A stretch of 32,000 nt of DNA, from positions 2,790,001 to 2,822,000 of the forward strand of contig CP060262.1 of NCBI GenBank assembly GCA_022646745.1, written 5' to 3'. This document shows positions 31,874 through 32,000 of the stretch, piece after piece. Within the stretch, counting starts at the first letter, position 1, and every line of letters starts with the position of its first letter. The notes beneath the pieces are model-generated. The model was not told where the DNA came from. It searched no databases and was given only the letters and a program-made list of their open reading frames with translations. Source of the stretch: Planctomycetales bacterium. Lineage in GTDB: Bacteria; 4484-113; JAFGCY01. The position numbers and the translations under genes are program-made.

Positions 31874-32000
31874 GTGTTCAAGAAGATCCTGATAGCCAAT
31901 CGCAGCGAGGTGGCTGTGCGCATCATCCGCGCCTGCCGTGAGCTGGGCATCGCCTCCGTGGCGGTGTACAGTGAGGCGGATGCGGACGCAGTGCATGTCA
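31874..32000 (+). CDS. Biotin carboxylase (acetyl-CoA carboxylase AccC-type or related biotin-dependent carboxylase), 5' end only
   Basis: A GTG start at 31874 translates to [42 protein letters not shown]. This is the canonical biotin-carboxylase N-terminus (KILIANRGEIAxRIIRAC..L..xxVAVYS..D). Runs off the window. Confidence 0.85.
   Translation, partial: MFKKILIANRSEVAVRIIRACRELGIASVAVYSEADADAVHV

Overview
32-kb high-GC bacterial chromosomal window. Hand-counted 60-nt samples give 55-68% G+C. The taxon cannot be assigned from sequence alone. I call about 26 credible protein genes and one tRNA-Ser(UGA). There is no rRNA, CRISPR array or integrase. Gene order, left to right: (1) minus strand: a tryptophanase/tyrosine-phenol-lyase family lyase (partial) and a divergent tryptophan 2,3-dioxygenase-like gene; (2) a small tail-anchored coiled-coil gene; (3) a tightly coupled minus-strand operon: a 1022-aa secreted GxDxY-repeat/HEAT protein, a class I SAM methyltransferase and a group II PLP decarboxylase; (4) a RayT-like (REP-associated, IS200-superfamily) Y1 transposase; (5) a small membrane protein, rarA, an SDR sugar epimerase, a hypothetical gene and a PduO-type adenosyltransferase; (6) an 895-aa giant flagellin behind a sigma28-type promoter; (7) a zinc-ribbon membrane protein, a small acidic protein and tRNA-Ser; (8) a lipoprotein S8 subtilase with a C-terminal dockerin, then a GNAT; (9) an RND efflux adaptor and pump, then a 571-aa membrane protein; (10) a ~1.9-kb AT-rich (about one-third G+C) single-gene insertion encoding a 602-aa ABC-ATPase/Toprim nuclease of the OLD / fused-PARIS type, whose 3' end overlaps the next, host-composition secreted-protein gene and supplies its start codon and signal-peptide core; (11) the 5' end of a biotin carboxylase. 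The most interesting items are three. First, the AT-rich nuclease cassette, a candidate minimal anti-phage system with chimeric junctions. Second, a family of modular purine/pyrimidine-asymmetric palindromic intergenic repeats, with an in-frame coding copy, in the same window as the RayT gene. Third, a Trp-lyase / TDO-like / decarboxylase / methyltransferase neighbourhood. Many long ORFs in the supplied track are antisense shadow ORFs typical of high-GC DNA and were not called.
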